NCBI GenBank assembly: GCA_963754655.1
Contig: CAVWGN010000001.1
Coordinates: forward strand, 2,496,001-2,560,000
DNA from: an uncultured Chlamydiae bacterium
GTDB taxonomy: Bacteria; Chlamydiota; Chlamydiia; Chlamydiales; Parachlamydiaceae
Direction of reading: 5' to 3'
Length of the DNA stretch: 64,000 nucleotides
The notes beneath the pieces were generated by a model. The model saw nothing but the letters and a program-made list of their open reading frames with translations. It made no database searches and was not told the DNA's origin. Made by a program: the position numbers and the translations under genes. Shown here in pieces: positions 12,435 to 21,679 of the stretch. Each line of letters opens with the position of its first letter. The first letter of the stretch is position 1.

Positions 12435-12803
12435 ATGACAGCCGAACCCAGTTTGAAGGAAATTCAAAAAGAATGGCATGGGAGTTTAAAAGCTTATTTG
12501 ATTGGTTTTTTTTCTTGCCTATTATTGACCGCAACTTCCTTTTACCTAGTTTATGCCCAACTCCTTTCCCCCCACCTCTTATTTTACACTCTGATCGGCC
12601 TGGCGCTTGTACAAGCAATGATTCAGTTGTTATTTTTCTTGCACGTCGGGCAAGAAGCTAAACCACGCTGGGAAACCATTTCATTTTGTTGTATGACAAT
12701 TTGTCTGCTGATCATCGTGATTGGATCTCTATGGGTGATGAATGACTTGAAAAAGCGTGTCATGCCTTCAGACATGAACAAAAAAACAATCTCAGGAAAT
12801 TAA
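12435..12803 (+). CDS. cyoD: Cytochrome o ubiquinol oxidase subunit IV
   Basis: QLLFFLH, IGSLWVM, operon position. Confidence 0.93.
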   Translation: MTAEPSLKEIQKEWHGSLKAYLIGFFSCLLLTATSFYLVYAQLLSPHLLFYTLIGLALVQAMIQLLFFLHVGQEAKPRWETISFCCMTICLLIIVIGSLWVMNDLKKRVMPSDMNKKTISGN

Positions 12804-12817
12804 GGACATTCCCTCTC

Positions 12818-13666
12818 ATGATTAATTATTATTTATTGACTAAGCCCGGAATTATTTTAGGCAATCTCATCACTGTTGCTGCAGGATTTTTACTAGCGTC
12901 AAAAGGAAGAATGGATTTGCAACTATTTTTTGCAACCTTAATAGGTTTAGCGTTTATCATTGCTTCTGCCTGTGTGTTTAATAATTATATCGATCGTCCA
13001 ATTGACAAGAAAATGGAAAGGACTAAAAACCGTCCCCTAGTCACAGGCTTAATTTCAGGGCATAATGCTCTTGCCTTTGGCATTATTCTTGGAATCATTG
13101 GCAACGTCATTTTATATGTATACACCAATCTTCTGACAGTGGCAGTTGCAGCTATTGGTTTTTTTGTTTATGTCTTTATTTATAGCCTTTGGAAACGCCA
13201 TACCATTTATGGAACTGCGATAGGCAGTATTGCAGGTGCTGTTCCTCCTGTTGTAGGATATTGTGCGGTCAGTAACCATTTTGATATAGGAGCTGGGATT
13301 TTATTTACCATGTTGGTGTTATGGCAAATGCCTCATTTTTTTTCGATTGCCCTCTATCACTTTGATGATTATAAGGCGGCCGAGATCCCCACTCTACCTA
13401 TTAAAAAAGGAGCCTTCATAACAAAAATTCACATGGTGCTTTACATTCTTGGCTTTATTTTTGCAGGCATAATGTTAACTGTCTTTCATTACACGGGATA
13501 TATCTATTTAATTATTACAATTAGCCTTAGCTTGATGTGGCTGGCTCTCTGCGTGAAGGGATTTACCACTACTACTAACGATCAGCTGTGGGGACGGCAT
13601 ATGTTTCGCCTCTCTCTTGTGCTGATTACAGCCGTTTGTTTTGCCATTCCTTTTGATATTGCTTAA
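12818..13666 (+). CDS. cyoE: Protoheme IX farnesyltransferase (heme O synthase)
   Basis: LTKPGI, NNYIDRPIDKKMERTKNRPL, WQMPHF. Confidence 0.96.
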   Translation: MINYYLLTKPGIILGNLITVAAGFLLASKGRMDLQLFFATLIGLAFIIASACVFNNYIDRPIDKKMERTKNRPLVTGLISGHNALAFGIILGIIGNVILYVYTNLLTVAVAAIGFFVYVFIYSLWKRHTIYGTAIGSIAGAVPPVVGYCAVSNHFDIGAGILFTMLVLWQMPHFFSIALYHFDDYKAAEIPTLPIKKGAFITKIHMVLYILGFIFAGIMLTVFHYTGYIYLIITISLSLMWLALCVKGFTTTTNDQLWGRHMFRLSLVLITAVCFAIPFDIA

Positions 13667-13694
13667 AAAATCCATTAACAAAATCTGTGCAAGC

Positions 13695-14126
13695 ATGTTT
13701 AACAATAGAACACCCCCAGATGCCAATAATCAGCAACGTGATTATTATATGGTGAGTAATTATATGGCTAATGAAAGGACATTTCTTGCTTGGATAAGGA
13801 CAAGCATTGGAATCATGGCCTTTGGTTTTGTCGTTGAAAAGTTTGCCTTGTTTCTCAAGCGACTCTCTTTTCTTTTAGGAGAAGCGCATTTGTCAGAACA
13901 TCCTTATGCATCCAATCAAATTCAAGGAAATTCCTCAATTTTTGGAATTTTTCTTGTGGGACTTGGTGCTTTAATAGGTCTTCTCGCATTTATCAAATAC
14001 AAGCATGTTGAAAAACAAATAGCACAAGGAAAATATCAATTTTCTATTCTGTTAGAAATCATGCTGACACTTTCAGTACTCGCTGTTGGCATTTTTCTTA
14101 TCATTTATCTTCTTGAAAGTATTTAA
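13695..14126 (+). CDS. YidH/DUF202 inner-membrane protein (intact copy)
   Basis: MANERTFLAWIRT motif and three hydrophobic segments. Confidence 0.88.
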   Translation: MFNNRTPPDANNQQRDYYMVSNYMANERTFLAWIRTSIGIMAFGFVVEKFALFLKRLSFLLGEAHLSEHPYASNQIQGNSSIFGIFLVGLGALIGLLAFIKYKHVEKQIAQGKYQFSILLEIMLTLSVLAVGIFLIIYLLESI

Positions 14127-14167
14127 GACAAATCGCCGTGCGGTTGCCCTCCGACTCTTACGCTCCA

Positions 14168-14270
14168 TCATAAGCTTACTCAATGGCAAAATACGAGGTA
14201 AAGAAACAAGAAGATGAACATCGGTCTTCAACTCCTCCAATTTCAAAAGCATGGGAACCCTATGCATGCA
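14168..14270 (-). pseudogene. Internal remnant of the IS200-like/RAYT transposase
   Basis: Reverse complement matches ...catgcttttgaaattggaggagttgaaga...gttcatcttcttgtttctttacctcgta of 46235-46316. Confidence 0.8.
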
Positions 14271-14424
14271 CACTACTTGCCTTATCAAAATGAAATCCTG
14301 AATAATTGGTAGTTATTAAGGTTTTAAATTTGATTTTTCATACTGATTCCAAACTCGTACTCCATTACATTGTATGAGGATTTTTTACCCTTCCTAAGAA
14401 ATTCATCTAGCTGGATGAAGTCAT

Positions 14425-16176
14425 TCAACGGTAAATTCTTGCTCCTTTTGGTAATTCAATTAATCGTGGTAGATTAGAGCATCCGCGGTAGTTAATCTCT
14501 TGCACCTTTGGTACCTGAGGGAGGCTTTGCAGCTTATCGCAATCGCTGCAGTTAAGCTTTTGCACATTTGGCAGCTCAAGCAGGCTTTGCAGACTAGAGC
14601 ATCCGCAGCAGTCAAGCTCTTGCACATTTGGTAGCTCAGGTAGGCTTTGCAGATTAGAACATCTGTTGCAGTCAAGCACTTGCACATTTGGCAGCTCAGG
14701 CAGGCTTTGCAGATTAGAGCACCAGCTGCAGTTAAGTTTTTGCACGTTTGGCAGCTCAGGCAGGCTTTTCAGATTAGAACATCCGCAGCAGTTAAGTTTT
14801 TGCATGTTTGGCAGCTCAGGTAGGCTTTGCAGACTAGAGCATCCGCTGCAGTTAAGCTCTTGCACATTTGGAAGCTCAGGTAGGCTTTGCAGATTACGAC
14901 ACAAGCTGCAGTTAAGCTCTTGCACATTTGGCAGCTCAGGCAGGCTTTGCAGATTAGAGCAATCCCAGCAGTAAAGCCTTTGCACATGTGGCAGCTCAAG
15001 CAGGCTTTGCAGATTAGAGCATCCGCTGCAGCTAAGCTCTTGCACATTTGGCAGCTCAGGTAGGCTTTGCAGACTAGAGCATGCGCAGCAGTCAAGCTTT
15101 TGCACATTTGTTAGCTCAGGCAGGCTTTGCAGACTAGAGCATCCGCTGCAGTTAAGCTTTTGCACATTTGGCAGCTCAGGTAGGCTTTGCAGACTAGAGC
15201 ATCCGCTGCAGTTAAGCTCTTGCACATTTGGCAGCTCAGGCAGGCTTTGCAGACTAGAGCATCCGCAGCAGTCAAGCTTTTGCACATATGGCAGCTCAAG
15301 CAGGCTTTGCAGATTAGAGCATCTGCTGCAGTCAAGCTCTTGCACATTTGGCAGCTCAGGCAGGCTTTGCAGATTAGAGCAATCGCAGCAGTAAAGCCTT
15401 TGCACATTTGGCAGCTCAAGCAGGCTTTGCAGATTAGAGCATCTGCTGCAGTCAAGCTCTTGCATATTTGGCAGCTCAGGTAAGCTTTGCAGATTAGAAC
15501 ATCCGCTGCAGATAAGCCTTATGAGACTACTTGCCTGACCGGGCAAATTTCTTATTTTATCCGATTTAATCATTAATTGATTAAGATTTGGACACTTTTT
15601 AAATAATTCTTCAATGTCGCTTTCCTCTACATCCGGAAATTCCCTTAGGTTTGCTCCTGTCAAACCATAATCGATCGCATACTGAACAGCCTCTTTTGCA
15701 GTGTTGCATCTATATTTTTTAAGAGAAACAAGCTGCTCGCTAGCCCATTCTTTTTCCTCATTTTTTGCAATCTCGCTCAATTGCTTGGAAAGATGCATCT
15801 TTTCCAATCCACTTTGAACTCCTCCCTTTTTATAAGGAATTTCAGAATCGCGTGGAGGAATATAAGAATAGATTTTCCTCCATAATTCTTCTGGCAATTG
15901 AGAAAGCTCGTTAGAGAACACGTTCTCAGGTTTTGGCTCAGTGTCGTTATTTGCAGGTGAATTGGGATTGACATAAGGAGGAAGATCTAATTCCTCGAGA
16001 TCTAATTTTTTCCCTTTATACTGTCGATAAATAAAAAATAGAGCTGTGATTGCACCAAAAATTGCAAAAACAACAGCCGCAATTTTTGCATATTTTTGAG
16101 TTGCTTCTGAAAAATAATTGCTAGTTGTCAAATTGCTTTTTAACTGTTGAAGATTAGAAGGAATAGATGGGAACAT
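14425..16176 (-). CDS. TM anchor + F-box-like + LRR protein (copy A1, about 18 x 20-aa repeats)
   Basis: TM KIAAVVFAIFGAITALFFIY; F-box-like LSQLPEELWRKIYSYIP; repeats LQSLPELPNVQxLxCxxCxx. Confidence 0.88.
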   Translation of the reverse strand: MFPSIPSNLQQLKSNLTTSNYFSEATQKYAKIAAVVFAIFGAITALFFIYRQYKGKKLDLEELDLPPYVNPNSPANNDTEPKPENVFSNELSQLPEELWRKIYSYIPPRDSEIPYKKGGVQSGLEKMHLSKQLSEIAKNEEKEWASEQLVSLKKYRCNTAKEAVQYAIDYGLTGANLREFPDVEESDIEELFKKCPNLNQLMIKSDKIRNLPGQASSLIRLICSGCSNLQSLPELPNMQELDCSRCSNLQSLLELPNVQRLYCCDCSNLQSLPELPNVQELDCSRCSNLQSLLELPYVQKLDCCGCSSLQSLPELPNVQELNCSGCSSLQSLPELPNVQKLNCSGCSSLQSLPELTNVQKLDCCACSSLQSLPELPNVQELSCSGCSNLQSLLELPHVQRLYCWDCSNLQSLPELPNVQELNCSLCRNLQSLPELPNVQELNCSGCSSLQSLPELPNMQKLNCCGCSNLKSLPELPNVQKLNCSWCSNLQSLPELPNVQVLDCNRCSNLQSLPELPNVQELDCCGCSSLQSLLELPNVQKLNCSDCDKLQSLPQVPKVQEINYRGCSNLPRLIELPKGARIYR

Positions 16177-16484
16177 CAAGGCCTCTTATTGTTTAGTGAC
16201 GAAGTTGTAAATTTAATTAAAAAAAACAATTTTTAAATTACATTTTTTGAAAGTTTAATTAATTATTAAATTAATTTCAATTTAATTTATAATATTTTCC
16301 AGTCAATACGCAGTTACGCAATGTAATCGATTTAAAGAAATTCAATGATGCTCTAAGCAGCGTTAACTGCCTACACATCAAGCTTAAGCTAAGAGAGGAA
16401 ACCAGGCGGAGATATTATCAAAAGTTGTTGATTTTTAGAATAAGGAAAGCATAACCTCAATACATTTTCGACAATTAATCAAAA

Positions 16485-16680
16485 ATTTCAAAAAGAGGCA
16501 ACGCCATAAAAGAGAGTGTCATAAGACCAGCGTGTTTTGTCCTAATAGGATATGAATGAAGAATGCTTGCAAGTGAATATGCCACAATTTCTCTTGTAGT
16601 CTTTCAGACTACGATAGGAGTGTGTCTTTTTCCCAGGCCGCTGGCTTGGGCTATTTCACTTTAGAGCCCTTCAGGCTCAA
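16485..16680 (-). pseudogene. Degenerate 5' end of RAYT with its upstream REP-like arm (copies also at about 25314-25510 and 32335-32530)
   Basis: Reverse complement matches tttgagcctgaagggctctaaagtgaaatagcc...gtagtctgaaagactacaagagaaatt(a/g)tggca of 46008-46160. Confidence 0.8.
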
Positions 16681-16704
16681 AACGCCTTGATTAGCCAGCC
16701 TAGA

Positions 16705-16852
16705 GCCGGGACTTAACAAAGAACTTTTTTGGGCTTGATATTCTTCATGTCAATTTAACAACACCCCGCCTGTAACAGGCTTTAAAGGCATACTTCCCGA
16801 AAATGACGGGAAAAACATCAAAGCCCAAAACAGTTCTTTGTTAAGCCCCGGT
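16705..16852. mobile_element. ~148-bp MITE (copy 1 of 6)
   Basis: TIR GCCGGGACTTAACAAAGAAC ... GTTCTTTGTTAAG(T/C)CCCGG; no ORF. Confidence 0.8.
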
Positions 16853-16866
16853 CATAGGCTAGGAAG

Positions 16867-18193
16867 GAGATTGTGTAAAAAATTATGTGCAAAAAAAGGT
16901 CATGGTAAGATGATCTCTTATTAACTACAAAAAGAGGTATACCATGACCAAAAAGTATTCTATTGAGAAAAACAAATTATCTAAAGAAGTTATTGAACAA
17001 GATGTTGATTTAATGAAGTCTCTTATGAAAACTGCTCTCGAAAATTTTTTAGAAGCCGAAATGATCGAGACTTTGGAAGCAAATAAGAGTGAAAGATCCA
17101 AAGAAAGAAAAGGCTATAGAGCAGGTTATTATACAAGGCACTTAGTGACGCGAATAGGCAATATAGAGCTAAAAGTACCAAGAGACAGAGAGGGAATGTT
17201 TTCTACCGAGCTTTTTGAACGATATGAAAGATCGGAAAAAGCATTAGTATCAGCTCTAGCAGAAATGTATGTCCAAGGAGTATCAACCAGGAAAGTGAAG
17301 GCAATCACAGAAGAACTTTGCGGACATGAATTTTCAGCGACGACAATAAGCAACATCAATAAGAGCTTGGACGAGGACTTAAAGCAGTTTGCAAATAGAA
17401 AATTGACAGAAGTTTATCCTTATCTAATTGTAGATGCTCGTTATGAGAAAGTTAGAGAAAATGGGATAGTAAAATCGCAGGCTATATTAATTGCAGTAGG
17501 TGTGAATGGAGAAGGTTACAGGCAAGTATTAGCAGTGGAAATTGCAAATCGAGAATCTCACAATAGTTGGAAAGATTTTCTATTGAGATTGAAAGAAAGA
17601 GGATTAATAGGAGTTGAGTTGATTATTAGTGATGAGCATGCAGGGCTTAGGAAAGCGATAATGGAAGTATTTTATCAAATCCCTTGGCAAAGATGTTATG
17701 TTCATTTCTTAAGAAATGCAATTGATTATTTACCAAGAAAAGCAAACGACGATTGCTTACAAGAATTGCGATGGATCTATGATAGAAAGGATATTAAAGA
17801 AGCCAAAACAGATTTGAATATGTGGCTAGAGAAGTGGATGATGAAGTATCCAAAGTTATGTACATGGGTGGAGGAAAATATTTTTGAGACATTAACGTTT
17901 TACCAGTTTCCAAAACAACATCATAAGCATTTAAAAAGTTCGAACTTACTCGAGAGAGTAAATGAAGAAATTAAGAGAAGAACACACGTTATTAGAATTT
18001 TTCCAAATGAAGAGAGTTGCTTAAGATTGATATTAGCAATTGCAGTTGAGGTTCATGAGGGATGGGTAGATAAAAGATATTTAAATATGGATCTATTAAA
18101 AGAGCAAAAGAAACAAGAACAACTGAGCGTTGAAAAAATAGCTTAACCTAATGAGATCTCTTACCAATTTGCACATAATACTTGACACAACTC
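16867..18193 (+). mobile_element. IS256-family insertion sequence
   Basis: Imperfect TIRs gagattgtgtaaaaaattatgtgcaaa / tttgcacataatacttgacacaactc; no target duplication. Confidence 0.9.
16944..18146 (+). CDS. IS256 (mutator-type) transposase
   Basis: LKVPRDREG, MYVQGVSTRKV, VDARYEKVR, ISDEHAGL, WQRCYVHF, SNLLERVNEEIKRR. Confidence 0.96.
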   Translation: MTKKYSIEKNKLSKEVIEQDVDLMKSLMKTALENFLEAEMIETLEANKSERSKERKGYRAGYYTRHLVTRIGNIELKVPRDREGMFSTELFERYERSEKALVSALAEMYVQGVSTRKVKAITEELCGHEFSATTISNINKSLDEDLKQFANRKLTEVYPYLIVDARYEKVRENGIVKSQAILIAVGVNGEGYRQVLAVEIANRESHNSWKDFLLRLKERGLIGVELIISDEHAGLRKAIMEVFYQIPWQRCYVHFLRNAIDYLPRKANDDCLQELRWIYDRKDIKEAKTDLNMWLEKWMMKYPKLCTWVEENIFETLTFYQFPKQHHKHLKSSNLLERVNEEIKRRTHVIRIFPNEESCLRLILAIAVEVHEGWVDKRYLNMDLLKEQKKQEQLSVEKIA

Positions 18194-18359
18194 TAACGTG
18201 GCTCAAATTTGTTTTTTGGGTAACCGTGGGTTTCGGCTTGCGCCTACACCCACGGCTACTATCCATGCGCGGCTAACGCCGCTCGTCGCTGAGGGAAAGG
18301 ATATGGATCAAGCAACATTGCAAAAACAAAGATAAAAAATTCCGATTACCTAGCCATAT

Positions 18360-18508
18360 GCCGGGACTTAACAAAGAACTGTTTTGGGCTTGATAATTTT
18401 TCGCGTCATTTTCGATAAATATGCCTCTAAATGCTGTTATAGGCGGGGCGTTGTTAAATTGATACGAAGAATATCAAGCCCAAAAACAGTTCTTTGTTAA
18501 GTCCCGGC
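18360..18508. mobile_element. ~149-bp MITE, inverted relative to copy 1
   Basis: Same TIRs; interior is the diverged reverse complement of 16705-16852. Confidence 0.8.
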
Positions 18509-18601
18509 CCAGAGCGAAGCGGCGTGGCGAATGAAGGCGTCGCTTAACCTAGCGCTCGCTCTTAGCTTGATCCGTATATCCTCCGAGATTAGGCTCAAAA
18601 C

Positions 18602-19714
18602 CTAATGTAACGAAGTATTAGATCTTATATACCTATCAAGAAGTGCCACAAGTTTTTTCTCATCAAAATGATTCATGATCTGAGCAATATAGAGATCGGG
18701 TCTAATCAAACACATTCCATGCTTTTCCGCACAACCATACAATTTAGAAATAGAAAAATCACTGTCTAAAATGAGAGGGCAAAGGTTTGGATGAATCTCT
18801 TTAGGACTAATCAAGAAACAAGCGATTGTGTTCGAATAATTTTGCTGAACCTTTTCTATGAGCATCTTTAACTGACTGATATCCTCTTCTTGAATATATG
18901 ATCCTGTAAATAATAAAAGATTGTGATAAGGGTGGCGAAAATAATCATAAAGGCGTTGAGAGGAATTGGCAATAGACAGATCGGGAGCTCTTTCTCCTGG
19001 CTGAGGAGCCTCTTTTTTAACGTTCGTTTGATAATCAATAATGGGACTTTGCTTATAACGAATAGCAAGTTGAGTGATCACACTACTCAATTTACTTTTT
19101 AAAAATTGACTACGCCCAATCATATTGTGGATTAAACTATCTCGAATGTTAAGCAATATAGAGTTTGAAACTGAACCCATCTTTGTTAATCTTTCTGTCA
19201 CACGGATAATGCTCTTAATGATTGGGTAGCGCTCATCTTGGTAACTTTTTAATAATAAAAAAGGATAAGCTTGACCTTTGATCACCAAAGCTAATTTCCA
19301 AGCCAGATTATAAGCATCTTGTATTCCTGTATTCATTCCTTGTCCTCCAGCGGGAGAATGGACATGAGCAGCATCGCCTGTAATAAAAACATTTCCTTGA
19401 GACATACGACTTGCAATTTCACTATGAATCCAAAATGGAGAGAGCCATACAATCGTTTTTACCTTGAAAAATCCTTTAGATCGATTATGAACAAGTTCTT
19501 GCATCTCTTCTGCAGTGGGCTTTATTTCAATTTCTTGCCTTCCCATATTCGCAATGACACGATAAAGATGATTTCCCAAGGGAAAACAAGCCAACACCTT
19601 CCCATTCCCCAAAAATCCATCTCCTTTATCTTGAGATAAGGGATTCTCTAGTATCATATCAGCTACTAAATATTCTTCTGGCAGATCTTCTCCTGAAAAA
19701 GGGATATGGCATTT
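18602..19714 (-). pseudogene. 5'-truncated FAD-dependent monooxygenase (duplicate of the 3' part of 33311-34933)
   Basis: Near-identical to 33311-34423 but lacks the N-terminal GAGPTG FAD-binding motif. Confidence 0.88.
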
Positions 19715-20016
19715 GGTTTTGTCGTTGAAAAGTTTGCCTTGTTTCTCAAGCGACTCTCTTTTCTTTTAGGAGAAGCGCATTTGTCAGAACATCCTTATGC
19801 ATCCAATCAAATTCAAGGAAATTCCTCAATTTTTGGAATTTTTCTTGTGTGACTTGGTGCTTTAATAGGTCTTCTCGCATTTATCAAATACAAGCATATT
19901 GAAAAACAAATAGCACAAGGAAAATATCAATTTTCTATTCTGTTAGAAATCATGCTGACACTTTCAGTGCTCGCTGTTGGCATTTTTCTTATCATTTACC
20001 TTCTTGAAAGTATTTA
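19706..20016 (+). pseudogene. 5'-truncated DUF202 duplicate with an internal stop
   Basis: Copy of 13815-14126; gtggga changed to gtgtga near 19850. Confidence 0.85.
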
Positions 20017-20059
20017 AGACAACCTTTCCTGAAAAATTCATCTAGCTGGATGAAGCCAT

Positions 20060-21643
20060 TCAACGGTAACTTCTTGCTCCTTTTAATAATTGAGTCAAAT
20101 TGCGCAGATTAGAGCAGCCGCTGTAGTTAATCTCTTGCAAATTTGGTAGCTCAGGTAGGCTTTGCAGATGAACGCAATCGCTGCAGTCAATCTTTTGCAC
20201 ATTTGGCAGCTCAGGTAGGCTTTGCAGATTATTACACCGATTGCATTTAAGCACTTGAACCTTTGGCAGCTCAGGTAGGCTGTGCAGATTGGGGCAAAAG
20301 TTGCATGTAAGCTCTTGTACGTTTGACAGCTCAGGTAGGGTTTGCAGCTTATCGCAATAGCTACAGTCAAGCTTTTGCACATTTGGCAGCTCAGGAGGCA
20401 GGCTTTGCAGATTATGGCAAACGTGGCATGTAAGCTCTTGTACGTTTGGCAGCGCAGGTAGGCTTTGCAGCTTGTGGCAAAATCTACAGTCAAGCACTTG
20501 CACATGTGGCAACTCAGGCAGGTTTTGCAGATTACGACAATAGGTGCAGTCAAGCTTTTTCACCTTTGGCAGCTCAGGTAAGTTTTGCAGATTATAGCAC
20601 TGGCTACAGTTAAGCTTTTGCACATTTGGCAGCTCGGGCAGGCTTTGCAAATCATAGCAATCGCTACAGTAAAGCTTTTGCACATTTGGCAGCTCGGGTA
20701 GGCTTTGCAGCTTAGAGCAAGTGCTGCAGTAAAGCTTTTGCACCTTTGGCAACTCAGGTAAGTTTTGCAGATTAAAGCATCCGCGGCAGTCCAGCTTTTG
20801 CACATTTGGAAGCTCAGGCAGGCTTTGCAGATTATGGCATCTGCGACAGTAAAGCATTTGCATATTTGGCAGCTCAGGTAGGCTTTTCAGATTAGAACAT
20901 CCGCTGCAGTCAAGCCTTATGAGACTACTTGCCTGATCGGGCAAATTTCTTATGTTATCCGATTTAATCATTAATTGATTAAGATTTGGACACTGTTTAA
21001 ATAATTCTTCAATGTCGCTTTCCTCTAAATCCGGAAATTCTCTTAAGTTTGCTCCTGTCAAACCATGATCGATCACATATTGGACAGCCTCTTTTGCAGT
21101 ATTGCATCTATATTTTTTAAGAGAAACAAGCTCTTCGCTCGCCCATTTTTTTTCCTCATTTTTTGCAATCTTACTGAATTGCTTGGAAAGATACATATTT
21201 TCCAATCCACTTTGAACTCCTCCCTTTTTATAAGGAATGTCAAACTTACGTGGAGGAATATGGGAACAGACTTTACGCCATAATTTTTCTGTTAATTGAG
21301 GGAATTCAGTGCTAGTTTCTCGTTCAGCAAAATCAGGAACAATGGGTAAACAAGCAATGTCTTGTCTCTTTCTATTTATTTCCTCTTCTTCTTGTTTGGC
21401 TGCATTGTCTAACAGATTTGCAGGTGAATTGGGATTGATATAACAAGGAAGATTTGATTCCTCGAGATCTAATTTTTTCCCTTTATACTGGCGATAAATG
21501 AAAAATAGAGCTGTGATTGCACCAAAAATTGCAAAAACAACAGCCGCAATTTTTGCATATTGTTGAGTTCCTTTTGAAAAATAACTGCTAGTTGTCAAAT
21601 CGCTTTGTAACTGTTGAAGATTAGAGGGAATAAATGGGAACAT
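20060..21643 (-). CDS. TM + degenerate F-box-like + LRR protein (copy B1, about 14 repeats)
   Basis: Same TM; B-type linker LLDNAAKQEEEE; FPQLTEKLWRKVCSHIP; 20/21-aa repeats. Confidence 0.87.
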   Translation of the reverse strand: MFPFIPSNLQQLQSDLTTSSYFSKGTQQYAKIAAVVFAIFGAITALFFIYRQYKGKKLDLEESNLPCYINPNSPANLLDNAAKQEEEEINRKRQDIACLPIVPDFAERETSTEFPQLTEKLWRKVCSHIPPRKFDIPYKKGGVQSGLENMYLSKQFSKIAKNEEKKWASEELVSLKKYRCNTAKEAVQYVIDHGLTGANLREFPDLEESDIEELFKQCPNLNQLMIKSDNIRNLPDQASSLIRLDCSGCSNLKSLPELPNMQMLYCRRCHNLQSLPELPNVQKLDCRGCFNLQNLPELPKVQKLYCSTCSKLQSLPELPNVQKLYCSDCYDLQSLPELPNVQKLNCSQCYNLQNLPELPKVKKLDCTYCRNLQNLPELPHVQVLDCRFCHKLQSLPALPNVQELTCHVCHNLQSLPPELPNVQKLDCSYCDKLQTLPELSNVQELTCNFCPNLHSLPELPKVQVLKCNRCNNLQSLPELPNVQKIDCSDCVHLQSLPELPNLQEINYSGCSNLRNLTQLLKGARSYR

Positions 21644-21679
21644 TAAGGCCTCTTATTATTTAGTGACGAAGCTGTAAAT

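Noticed and set aside
8943..13666. cyo oxidase and proton-pumping complex I (nuo, 53187-64000) as a novelty for Chlamydiae
   Set aside because: Already known in environmental chlamydiae; ordinary operons
18602..19657. Monooxygenase ORFs 18602-19657 and 26290-27192 as functional paralogs
   Set aside because: Cut by the amplification junction and lacking the N-terminal FAD-binding motif
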